From Candidatus Aenigmatarchaeota archaeon (GTDB lineage: Archaea; Aenigmatarchaeota; Aenigmatarchaeia; CG10238-14): a stretch of 19,824 nt of DNA. This document shows positions 1-7,294 of the stretch, one piece after another. The stretch spans positions 1 through 19,824 of the forward strand of contig JAWBZR010000014.1 in assembly GCA_044343545.1 (NCBI GenBank), read 5' to 3'. Positions within the stretch are counted from its first letter, which is position 1. The number at the start of each line of letters is the position of its first letter. The position numbers and the translations under genes were made by a program. The notes beneath the pieces are model-generated. The model worked only from the letters and a program-made list of their open reading frames with translations, made no database searches and had not been told where the DNA came from.

Positions 1-1
1 T

Positions 2-3000
2 TCATTTTCTCCACCATTTATAGATAGAATTAATCTGACTGATACAGCTATGGTAAACGTTTCAGTTTCAGTACCAAAACAATACATGACAGGAAAATAT
101 AACGGAACGATTCAGGTGAATGCGGAAAACTTTTCAATGACTGTGCCTTTGTATGTAATAGTACCAATGAATATTTCTTGGTCTCAATCACCTTTAGAGA
201 TTAGTAAGATGGTTTTGGGTGATACAAATGGTATATTTGGTGAAATAGAATTGCAAAACACAGGTAATGCGCCTGTATTTTTAGAAATTTTAACGTTTGG
301 AAATATCAGTAGCTATATATTCTTAGATGAAAGTGAAATAACACTACCGATAGGTCAAAGTTATTCAATAAAAATAAATTACACAGCTCCAGCTATAAAT
401 GAAGAAAGCAATTTTACGGGTGAAATAGTAATAAGAAATACAACAGCTGACCAACAAAAACAAACATTTGTTTCTCTTTATGTGTTGCCATACTATGTAA
501 ACATAACAAAACCAACTGAAGTTGAGCCTATTGTAAATATAACATTTGGAGATGTGATAACATCTTATGTCAATGTAACGTATAGTGAAACAATCACAGA
601 AAATGTAACATTCTATTTGAGAATCGGAAATGAATCATTCTCACAAGCACTTGTGGTTGATTCATCTCAATTCTTACCTGATATGCAATTATGGGAGGTA
701 AACTTCACTGCACCTTTATTGCCTGAAAACAGAGCTTATGATTTAAATGTAACAGCTTACTATTCAACAAAGAATGTTACAAGAAGTGATATAGAATATA
801 GAGCAATAAACTATAGAGATTCTATACCACCAAATATAACACTGATTACGCCACTCAAAGTTCCAGCTGGTTATATAGCTATAATAGATGCACTAATATA
901 TGAAGAAGGCAATCTAAAGAATGTTTCTGGTATAATAACATATCCAGATAATAGAACAGAATATGTTAATTTTGCAAGATTAAAGAGAATAAACAACACA
1001 TATTATTATCAACACAATATAACTAATACAACTTTGCTTGGTGTTTATACAATAAATGCAACTAGTTGCGATTTTTCAAATAATTGTGCCAATGCTTCAG
1101 CAGAATTTAGCATATATCCAGCTGCATTATTCCATGGTTATTCAAAAGATTACGAAGCGGCTTCCGAACCAATACAATTTGTCAACTTTAGCTTATATCA
1201 ACCTGGGACACAATTGCTTTTATTTAACATCACACCTAACATGCAAACAGGTTATTATTCCGCCTTAATAGATGCAAGGTCATATGACGTGCAAGCATCC
1301 ATATTCAATTCTACTATCTTAGCTAGAGATGTCGAAATACTACAAGATGTTTTTAACCCAATGATATTTGGTGATATACCTTCAGAAAAAATAAGCCTCG
1401 GCGCATTGACAGGTTTGTATGTAGAAACAGTTTTGAATACGAGTAATACAAGCATTAGAATAGATTACTCATCTTATATTAACAAGGAAATATGTAAGAT
1501 GAATAATGATTGTAGACCAGCATTATTCTTTGAAGAGCATCTTTCATTATTTAGATGCAATGTGTGGATGAGAAAGGTTGGTTGCTCAAGTGGCTGGTCA
1601 AGGCTAAATACAAACATAAATACCACATTACACTTTGCTGAAGCTGAAGTTGCAGGTAATATTTCAGGTGCTTATGCATTAGCTCCGTATATTTGCGGTG
1701 ATGGAGTTTGCGATCATGGTTATGGAGAGTCACCTTTCACATGTCCAAGAGATTGCGAATTGCCAAGACCGATACCTGCTCCGCCAGCAGCAGGAGGTGG
1801 CGGTGGAGGTGGCGGAGGTGGAGGCGCTGCAGGAGGAAGAGAAGTAAGCATATCTGTACCAGGATTACCTTATTCGATAAAATCAACCCTGTTATTCATC
1901 ACAATAAAGCCCGGTGAGCAAGAAATTCATTCAATTGAAATATCAAACAATGAAGACAAAGAAATAGAAGGCCAACTAAAAGTGGAGGGATTTGCTTGGG
2001 AAATGATAATGCTTGAAGAGCCAGTATTTAGAGTGGCGCCAAAAACTACCAAAGTAATAAAAGTTAAAGTATTTGCCTTACCAACAACCCAGCCAGGTAT
2101 ATATACAGCTGATCTCGTGACAACAATTAATGGCGAGCAACATAGAACGCCAATAACAATAAAAGTTGAATATGCTCCAGAGCCGTTGCTAGACGTAAAG
2201 ATAGAAGCTTTGTCCAAATCCGTTAGGCCAGGAGAAGAGGCTAAATTCCAAGTTACAGTGATAAACATGGGTCAAACAGCAACGATAGAAGATATAATTT
2301 TGAATTACACTCTAAGGAATTTAAGAACGAACGAAATGATATCTGTCGGGCAAGAAACAATAGCCGTAGAAGATGTTAACACTTTCATCAAATCCTTCCA
2401 CATACCAGAAGATACACCGACAGATAGATATGTCATAGAAGTCACAGCAAGTTATTGGTACGGAAAGAAGCAAGCTAGAGCAGCTGCTGCCTTTGATGTC
2501 GTTTACTTGCCAGCTCCGTTAATAATTTTGAAAGCGCTCGCAACAAGCTGGATAACATATTTGGTTGTGCTCATCATCGCGCCAACCGCAGCAATTGGCT
2601 ATAGAGCTTATAGATATTATGCAACAATGAAAAAGATTAAAGCCAAATATATCTTCCCAGTTGATATAAAGAAGCTACCGCAACCTGGACCAAATACAAT
2701 ATTGGTTGGTAAGATCGCCGAAACAGATATAAATGCTTATACAGATGTCAACAAGCTCGTCATGCATAGCTTGGCAGCAGGTGGTACCGGTTCAGGTAAA
2801 ACAGTGTCGGCAATGGTTACAGCAGAAGAGTTGCTGAAGAGAGACATACCAGTTATAGTTTTCGATCCAACAGCTCAATGGACAGGTTTTATAAGACCTT
2901 GCAAAGATGAAGAAATGTTCAAGCTTTATCCACAATTCGGCCTGAAAAGAGAAGATGCAAGAGGATTCAAGACAAATATAATAATAGTTAAAGATCCTAA

Positions 3001-3727
3001 CATGAAGCTCAATTTGAAAGAATACATGAAGCCTGGCGAAATAACAGTGTTTGTAATGAACAAATTATCTATGGCTGAAATAGACACGATAATAAGAGCA
3101 TCTATACAAGAAATATTCGACATGAACTTGCCAGAATCAAAGCAATTAAAGCTATTAATGGTTTATGATGAAGTTCACAGATTATTGCCTAAGTATGGAG
3201 GTAAAGGCGGTTTCGTGGCTTTAGAAAGAGGTGCAAGAGAATTCAGAAAGTGGGGTGTTGGTTTGTACATGATATCACAAGTACTCATGGACTTTAGAGG
3301 GGCAATTAGAGCTAACATTGGTACAGAAATACAGTTGAGAACGAAATATGAGGGTGACATCAATAGAGTAAAGACAAAGTATGGTGCTGATTATGCTGCT
3401 AGAATAACAAAACTCACAACAGGTACTGGTTTGGTGCAAAACCCAGAATACAATGATGGTAAGCCATGGTTCGTCACATTTAGACCATTGTTGCACGATA
3501 CACACAGGTTGACAGATGAAGAGTTAGCGGAATATGATGCTACACAACAAAAAATCAAGGAAGCTGAAGATAGAATTGCAAAGCTAAAAGCAAGAAAGAT
3601 AGACACTTATGATGTTGAGTTAGAGCTTAACATAGCTAAAGATAAAATGAAACAAGGAATGTTCAAGATGGCTCAAACATATCTAGAATCTGTTGATAGC
3701 AGGTTAAAGGCTTTAGAGAAGAGATAA
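2..3727 (+). CDS. Giant single-pass surface glycoprotein fused to a C-terminal HerA/DUF87-like P-loop ATPase (5'-partial)
   Basis: The frame is open from base 2 (SFSPPFIDRINLTDTA then the M at 50), so the true start is probably upstream of the window. It has beta-rich Ig-like segments with ~30 N-x-S/T sequons, a Cys motif CGDGVCDHGYGESPFTCPRDC (1694-1756), a Pro/Gly11 linker and one TM helix (WITYLVVLIIAPTAAIGY, ~2549-2602) followed by basic residues. After the TM come Walker A GGTGSGKT (2780-2803), VIVFDP, Walker B LMVYDEVH, REFRKWGVGLYMISQ (HerA/FtsK/VirB4 Arg and Gln motifs) and a C-terminal coiled coil. Confidence 0.9.
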   Translation, partial: SFSPPFIDRINLTDTAMVNVSVSVPKQYMTGKYNGTIQVNAENFSMTVPLYVIVPMNISWSQSPLEISKMVLGDTNGIFGEIELQNTGNAPVFLEILTFGNISSYIFLDESEITLPIGQSYSIKINYTAPAINEESNFTGEIVIRNTTADQQKQTFVSLYVLPYYVNITKPTEVEPIVNITFGDVITSYVNVTYSETITENVTFYLRIGNESFSQALVVDSSQFLPDMQLWEVNFTAPLLPENRAYDLNVTAYYSTKNVTRSDIEYRAINYRDSIPPNITLITPLKVPAGYIAIIDALIYEEGNLKNVSGIITYPDNRTEYVNFARLKRINNTYYYQHNITNTTLLGVYTINATSCDFSNNCANASAEFSIYPAALFHGYSKDYEAASEPIQFVNFSLYQPGTQLLLFNITPNMQTGYYSALIDARSYDVQASIFNSTILARDVEILQDVFNPMIFGDIPSEKISLGALTGLYVETVLNTSNTSIRIDYSSYINKEICKMNNDCRPALFFEEHLSLFRCNVWMRKVGCSSGWSRLNTNINTTLHFAEAEVAGNISGAYALAPYICGDGVCDHGYGESPFTCPRDCELPRPIPAPPAAGGGGGGGGGGGAAGGREVSISVPGLPYSIKSTLLFITIKPGEQEIHSIEISNNEDKEIEGQLKVEGFAWEMIMLEEPVFRVAPKTTKVIKVKVFALPTTQPGIYTADLVTTINGEQHRTPITIKVEYAPEPLLDVKIEALSKSVRPGEEAKFQVTVINMGQTATIEDIILNYTLRNLRTNEMISVGQETIAVEDVNTFIKSFHIPEDTPTDRYVIEVTASYWYGKKQARAAAAFDVVYLPAPLIILKALATSWITYLVVLIIAPTAAIGYRAYRYYATMKKIKAKYIFPVDIKKLPQPGPNTILVGKIAETDINAYTDVNKLVMHSLAAGGTGSGKTVSAMVTAEELLKRDIPVIVFDPTAQWTGFIRPCKDEEMFKLYPQFGLKREDARGFKTNIIIVKDPNMKLNLKEYMKPGEITVFVMNKLSMAEIDTIIRASIQEIFDMNLPESKQLKLLMVYDEVHRLLPKYGGKGGFVALERGAREFRKWGVGLYMISQVLMDFRGAIRANIGTEIQLRTKYEGDINRVKTKYGADYAARITKLTTGTGLVQNPEYNDGKPWFVTFRPLLHDTHRLTDEELAEYDATQQKIKEAEDRIAKLKARKIDTYDVELELNIAKDKMKQGMFKMAQTYLESVDSRLKALEKR
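1793..1825 (+). repeat. Poly-glycine (G11) linker encoded by GGN codons
   Basis: ggaggtggcggtggaggtggcggaggtggaggc, in frame within the large CDS and preceded by PRPIPAPPAA. Confidence 0.9.
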
Positions 3728-3774
3728 AACTAAAATTTAATTTCCAATAAACATAAATCATTTAAGGCGTTAAA

Positions 3775-5169
3775 ATGGCTGACATTAACGATTTAATTTC
3801 GCAAAAAAAAGAGATAGAAACCCTTCTAAAATCATTAGAGGATGAATACGGGAGAGCTCAAATAAGTGAGGCTACTTATAATGAGATAAAGAGTAAAAAC
3901 ATTGAAAAATTGAAGAAAATTCAGGAAGAAATAGACAAGCTAGGAGGAAATGAGCAAGAGTCTGTTGAGAAGCAAACAGCTGTTTCTGAAACACAAACAC
4001 CTCAAGCCACACCTCAACCTCTATTTTCTACGAGTGTTGCTACCCAACCTAAAACAATTTCTGATTTAACAAAAATAAAATCAGAAATAATGCTGGAAAT
4101 AAACAAAAAAATAGATACAGAAATAAACAAGCTAAATATTGAGTTAGAAAAAATAAAGGCGTTTTTGGATGCTCAAAAAGATTTGAGAACGGCAACGGAA
4201 GAAAAGTTGCAAAGGTTGACAGAAAGCATAGGAGAGCTAAGATCCATGCTTTTCCAAAAAGAAAGTGAAATAGATAAGATGAATGTAAAGATGCAAAGAA
4301 TAGAAGAGGTTTTCAATGATATCAAGCCCGAACAATACACGAGAGAGTTGCAAAAAAGAGATAAAGAGTTGGCTAATCAAAATTTGCGAATAGAAAAGTT
4401 GGAAAAAGTTAGTTATGATATGGTTAAGGATGTGAATGAAATAAGAAATGTTTTTAGAGAGATAGGTAGTGTAGAGAATCTCGTCAACGTGAGCAAAAGA
4501 ATAAATGAAAAATTCATAAAAATGGAGAATATGTTGAAAGATGCGGAAAAAATATCTGAAAAATTAGAAAAACATTTCGTCGAGATAAATAGAAAATTCG
4601 AAGAATTTGAAGAATACAAAAATAGACAATTACAAATGGAAGGATTATCAAAAGATTTATTAAAGGCTGTTGATGACATTAACGTAAAGATTGGCAAGTT
4701 GGCAAGTGAGGAAGAAGTTTTCAAGCTAAAGGAAATGCTGAATGAATTCACGAAAGATTTGGAAGATGTTAAAAAATCTATAAAATCTGGAATACCATTT
4801 TTGGGTCCTCTTCCTGAAGATATACAGAAACTTCAAGAGGAAAAAGAGAAAATAAAAATATTATTGGATTCGGTTGATGAGCAATACAAGTCACGAAGGT
4901 TAAAAGAGGAAGAATATAAAAGAATAAGAGAAGCAAACTTACAAAAGTTGGCTGATATAGATGCTAAAATAAGAGAAAGTATAGAAAAAATAAAAGGTGT
5001 CGCAACTGAAACGCCACCTCAGCAAGTTCCCCAAACAGCAACAATACAAGAGCCGCTTCGCGAGGAAGATAAAACAGCTAAATTATTGTCTGAGTTAAAA
5101 GATTTGTATAAGAAAGGTTTGATAAGTGAAAAAACATATCAAAAAACATCAAAATTACTCCTCAAGTAA
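3775..5169 (+). CDS. Long coiled-coil protein with three SHOCT/CdvA-like motifs
   Basis: 464-aa ORF with K/E/L/I heptad pattern and no TM or signal peptide. Repeated motifs: LLKSLEDEYGRAQISEATYNEIK, LLDSVDEQYKSRRLKEEEYKRIR and LLSELKDLYKKGLISEKTYQKT. Confidence 0.8.
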   Translation: MADINDLISQKKEIETLLKSLEDEYGRAQISEATYNEIKSKNIEKLKKIQEEIDKLGGNEQESVEKQTAVSETQTPQATPQPLFSTSVATQPKTISDLTKIKSEIMLEINKKIDTEINKLNIELEKIKAFLDAQKDLRTATEEKLQRLTESIGELRSMLFQKESEIDKMNVKMQRIEEVFNDIKPEQYTRELQKRDKELANQNLRIEKLEKVSYDMVKDVNEIRNVFREIGSVENLVNVSKRINEKFIKMENMLKDAEKISEKLEKHFVEINRKFEEFEEYKNRQLQMEGLSKDLLKAVDDINVKIGKLASEEEVFKLKEMLNEFTKDLEDVKKSIKSGIPFLGPLPEDIQKLQEEKEKIKILLDSVDEQYKSRRLKEEEYKRIREANLQKLADIDAKIRESIEKIKGVATETPPQQVPQTATIQEPLREEDKTAKLLSELKDLYKKGLISEKTYQKTSKLLLK

Positions 5170-5463
5170 GTTTTTAAAAGCATAATTTCCTCCTTTTATT
5201 TTTAAAGCCTTGCCATTAATAATAGCGTCGGCTACTTTTTTTCTCGCGGATGATATGATTCTATGAAAGGTTGGTTGAGAAATATTCATTTTTTTGGCAG
5301 CTTCTTCTTGATTTAAATCTAAAAAATCTTTTAGTCTTAAAGCTTCAACTTCATCCATTGTTAATACTACTTCTTCCACTTCCCTAATCTTCGAACCAGC
5401 AGGTTTAAAGTAAGTGATATTTGGCTTAAAACAAATTCTTCTGAATCTTCTAGGTCTTGGCAT
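5155..5463 (-). CDS. DUF134 (UPF0251) family HTH DNA-binding protein
   Basis: MPRPRRFRRICFKP...YFKPAG...DEVEALRLKDFLDLNQEEAAKKMNISQPTFHRIISSARKKVADAIINGKALKIKGG matches the family signature. Confidence 0.92.
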   Translation of the reverse strand: MPRPRRFRRICFKPNITYFKPAGSKIREVEEVVLTMDEVEALRLKDFLDLNQEEAAKKMNISQPTFHRIISSARKKVADAIINGKALKIKGGNYAFKNLLEE

Positions 5464-5496
5464 ATTATTTTAACAAAAATATTTAACTTGAATTTT

Positions 5497-5700
5497 TTAA
5501 TTTTTTTCAATTTCTTCTTTTATGTTTCCGAGTTTGCTTTCTAAAGTTTTTTGTTCATCTTTTGTTGATTCTGTATTATTGTTGCGATAATAAAACTGGT
5601 GTTTGAATGATCTTCTATTTCTACACCTTCTGTTCCATGCTAAGTTTCTTCCAGTAAAAGGTTCTTCCCCAAATAGTCCTACTCTATCTTTTCCAGGCAT
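5497..5700 (-). CDS. DUF5320-like small protein (degenerate)
   Basis: N-terminus MPGKDRVGLFGEEPFTGRNL resembles the DUF5320 pattern MPxxDGTGPxGxGPxTGRGxG. It has an Arg-rich middle, a C-terminal short coiled coil (EQKTLESKLGNIKEEIEK), an SD AGGTGA upstream, and sits next to DUF134. Confidence 0.7.
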   Translation of the reverse strand: MPGKDRVGLFGEEPFTGRNLAWNRRCRNRRSFKHQFYYRNNNTESTKDEQKTLESKLGNIKEEIEKN

Positions 5701-5712
5701 ATTATCACCTCA

Positions 5713-5755
5713 ATATTGAATATATATTCAAAATACCATATTGAATATATATTCA
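5713..5755. promoter_or_regulatory. Tandem palindromic operator (2 x ATATTGAATATATATTCA, 25-bp period)
   Basis: An exact 18-bp direct repeat at 5713-5730 and 5738-5755. Each copy contains the perfect palindrome TGAATATATATTCA (extended to 16 bp, TTGAATATATATTCAA, at 5716-5731). Confidence 0.75.
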
Positions 5756-5762
5756 TAAATAG

Positions 5763-5777
5763 TATTTAAATTTTTCG
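5763..5777 (-). promoter_or_regulatory. Archaeal BRE-TATA promoter of the DUF5320-DUF134 unit
   Basis: The minus strand reads CGAAAAA-TTTAAATA, ~60 bp upstream of the ATG at 5700. Confidence 0.6.
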
Positions 5778-5790
5778 CTAAAAAGCATTT

Positions 5791-6024
5791 TCAATCATGT
5801 TCTCTAAAAGCTTTCTCTTGCTCTTTGTCATGCTTTTTTATCCATTCTAATAACATTGCTATATGCTCCTTTTCTTCATCTCTATTATGTTCTAATATTC
5901 TTTTAAGTTCAGGATCTTTTACGTTTTCTATTCTTGTCTCATACCAATTTACTGCTTCTATTTCTTCAATTAAACTTTGCCTCGCTTTTTTTATATCGGT
6001 ATTTTCAATTTCTTTCGAATACAT
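5791..6024 (-). CDS. Encapsulin-associated-type ferritin-like protein (EncFtn family)
   Basis: ARQSLIEEIEAVNWYETRIENVKDPELKRILEHNRDEEKEHIAMLLEWI carries the EExEAVxWY and HNxxEExEH ferroxidase motifs. The ATG at 6024 (MYSKEIE) is preferred because it avoids overlap with the upstream gene. Confidence 0.88.
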   Translation of the reverse strand: MYSKEIENTDIKKARQSLIEEIEAVNWYETRIENVKDPELKRILEHNRDEEKEHIAMLLEWIKKHDKEQEKAFREHD

Positions 6025-6067
6025 AATTATAACTAATTGCTTAATGGAAATAAAAAGCTTTATTGAA

Positions 6068-6337
6068 TCAAACAAAATGTTTCATTATTCTGTTTGCTAT
6101 GTTTTTAGCTTTTTCTTCTTCCTTTACACCCCTTATCATAATTTTGCAATTTTTTGTGACTGAAATTTTTATATCGCCAATTTCTATCAATGTTAAAAAA
6201 TCTGTATCCGTGATTACTCTTCCTTCAAATTCTTGTGCAATAACTTGTATAAGCTTTTTTCTATCAATTTTACCTTGTGGTACTATTTCGAATGCTGCAT
6301 CAGTTTTACAAGGTTTAAATATGAAATAAATTTTCAT
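6068..6337 (-). CDS. Small hypothetical protein resembling the C-terminal alpha/beta domain of ThiF/MoeB-like proteins (TBP-like fold)
   Basis: 89 aa. N-terminal KPC motif and the pattern FLTLIEIGDIKISVTKNCKIMIRGVKEEEKAKNI (strands followed by a helix). The fold call is by eye only. Confidence 0.6.
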   Translation of the reverse strand: MKIYFIFKPCKTDAAFEIVPQGKIDRKKLIQVIAQEFEGRVITDTDFLTLIEIGDIKISVTKNCKIMIRGVKEEEKAKNIANRIMKHFV

Positions 6338-6377
6338 GTGAAATATTATTTAAAAACAAACTAAAAAACATATTCAT

Positions 6378-7190
6378 ATGAAATACAATTTGATAATTGG
6401 TAGATTTTCGGAAATAGCGACGAAATCACCTCCTGTGAGAAAAAGATTGATAAGAATACTTGTAAAAAATGTAAAGGAGGCGATGTCGAAGAATAAAATA
6501 AAAGCAAAAGTATACGCTAAATATGACAGAGTTTTTATAGAAACCAATGAAATAAAAAAATCGATAAAAATTTTGACCCATATTTTTGGTCTTGTTTCAG
6601 TTTCTCCAGCAATAAAAATCAAACTTTCTGATTTGGACGAGGTAATTAAAAAATATTCTTTTTTGGCGAAAAATAAAAAATTTGCCGTAAGAGTTAGAAG
6701 GGTTGGGATACATGATTTCACGAGTAAAGAAATGGAAGCCAAATTAGGTGATTTAATAATAAAAAATGCTAGAGCGAAGGTGGATCTCAAAAAACCCAAT
6801 ATAACATTTTTTTTGGATATAAGAAATGAAGAAGTTTATTTGTTTTTCAAAATAATAAAATGTCCAGGTGGAATGCCTGTTGGAAGCGAGCAAAAGGTTT
6901 TTTGTGAAATAAAAAACAAAAGAGATATGGTAGCTAGTTGGTTGATGTTGAAGAAAGGATGCAAGCTAGTGATATTACCAAAAATATCCATAAAACCACT
7001 AAATAAATGGTTATATGGATATCACAAAATAATAAAAAAAGGAGAGGAAGTATTTTATTCTAATTTGCCAATCGTTTCTGGTAACACTCTTTCTCAGGGT
7101 TTTATAAAAACCGACAAAATTGTTTTTTACCCTATTTTTTGCTTGAAAAATAACGAAATAGAAAAAATTTACAAGAAAATAAAAAGTTGA
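6378..7190 (+). CDS. ThiI-like THUMP-domain protein with degenerate, truncated pyrophosphatase domain
   Basis: N-terminal GRFSEIATKSPPVRKR, HIFGLVSVSPA, THUMP motifs FAVRVRRVGIHDFTSKEMEAKLG and KVDLKKP, and GGMPVG...ASWLMLKKGC. The SGGxDS PP-loop is missing and the protein is only 270 aa. Confidence 0.85.
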   Translation: MKYNLIIGRFSEIATKSPPVRKRLIRILVKNVKEAMSKNKIKAKVYAKYDRVFIETNEIKKSIKILTHIFGLVSVSPAIKIKLSDLDEVIKKYSFLAKNKKFAVRVRRVGIHDFTSKEMEAKLGDLIIKNARAKVDLKKPNITFFLDIRNEEVYLFFKIIKCPGGMPVGSEQKVFCEIKNKRDMVASWLMLKKGCKLVILPKISIKPLNKWLYGYHKIIKKGEEVFYSNLPIVSGNTLSQGFIKTDKIVFYPIFCLKNNEIEKIYKKIKS

Positions 7191-7294
7191 TTTTAAATCC
7201 ATCAAATGTATGTTTTTCTAAACCAATCATAAACTATTTAAACTATTAATTTCTAATATTTTTGGCAAAATTTGGAACCAATATTGGTGTCAAT

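Noticed and set aside
50..52. ATG at 50 as the true start of the large protein
   Set aside because: The frame is open to the window edge and no signal peptide follows this Met, so the gene is probably 5'-truncated.
2690..5169. HerA plus Rad50/SMC DNA-repair operon
   Set aside because: The coiled-coil protein has no Walker motifs, zinc hook or hinge, no nurA/mre11 is nearby, and the ATPase is fused behind a TM and ectodomain.
5713..5755. Direct repeat as a CRISPR remnant
   Set aside because: Only two 18-bp copies with a 7-bp gap, and no cas genes; the position fits an operator.
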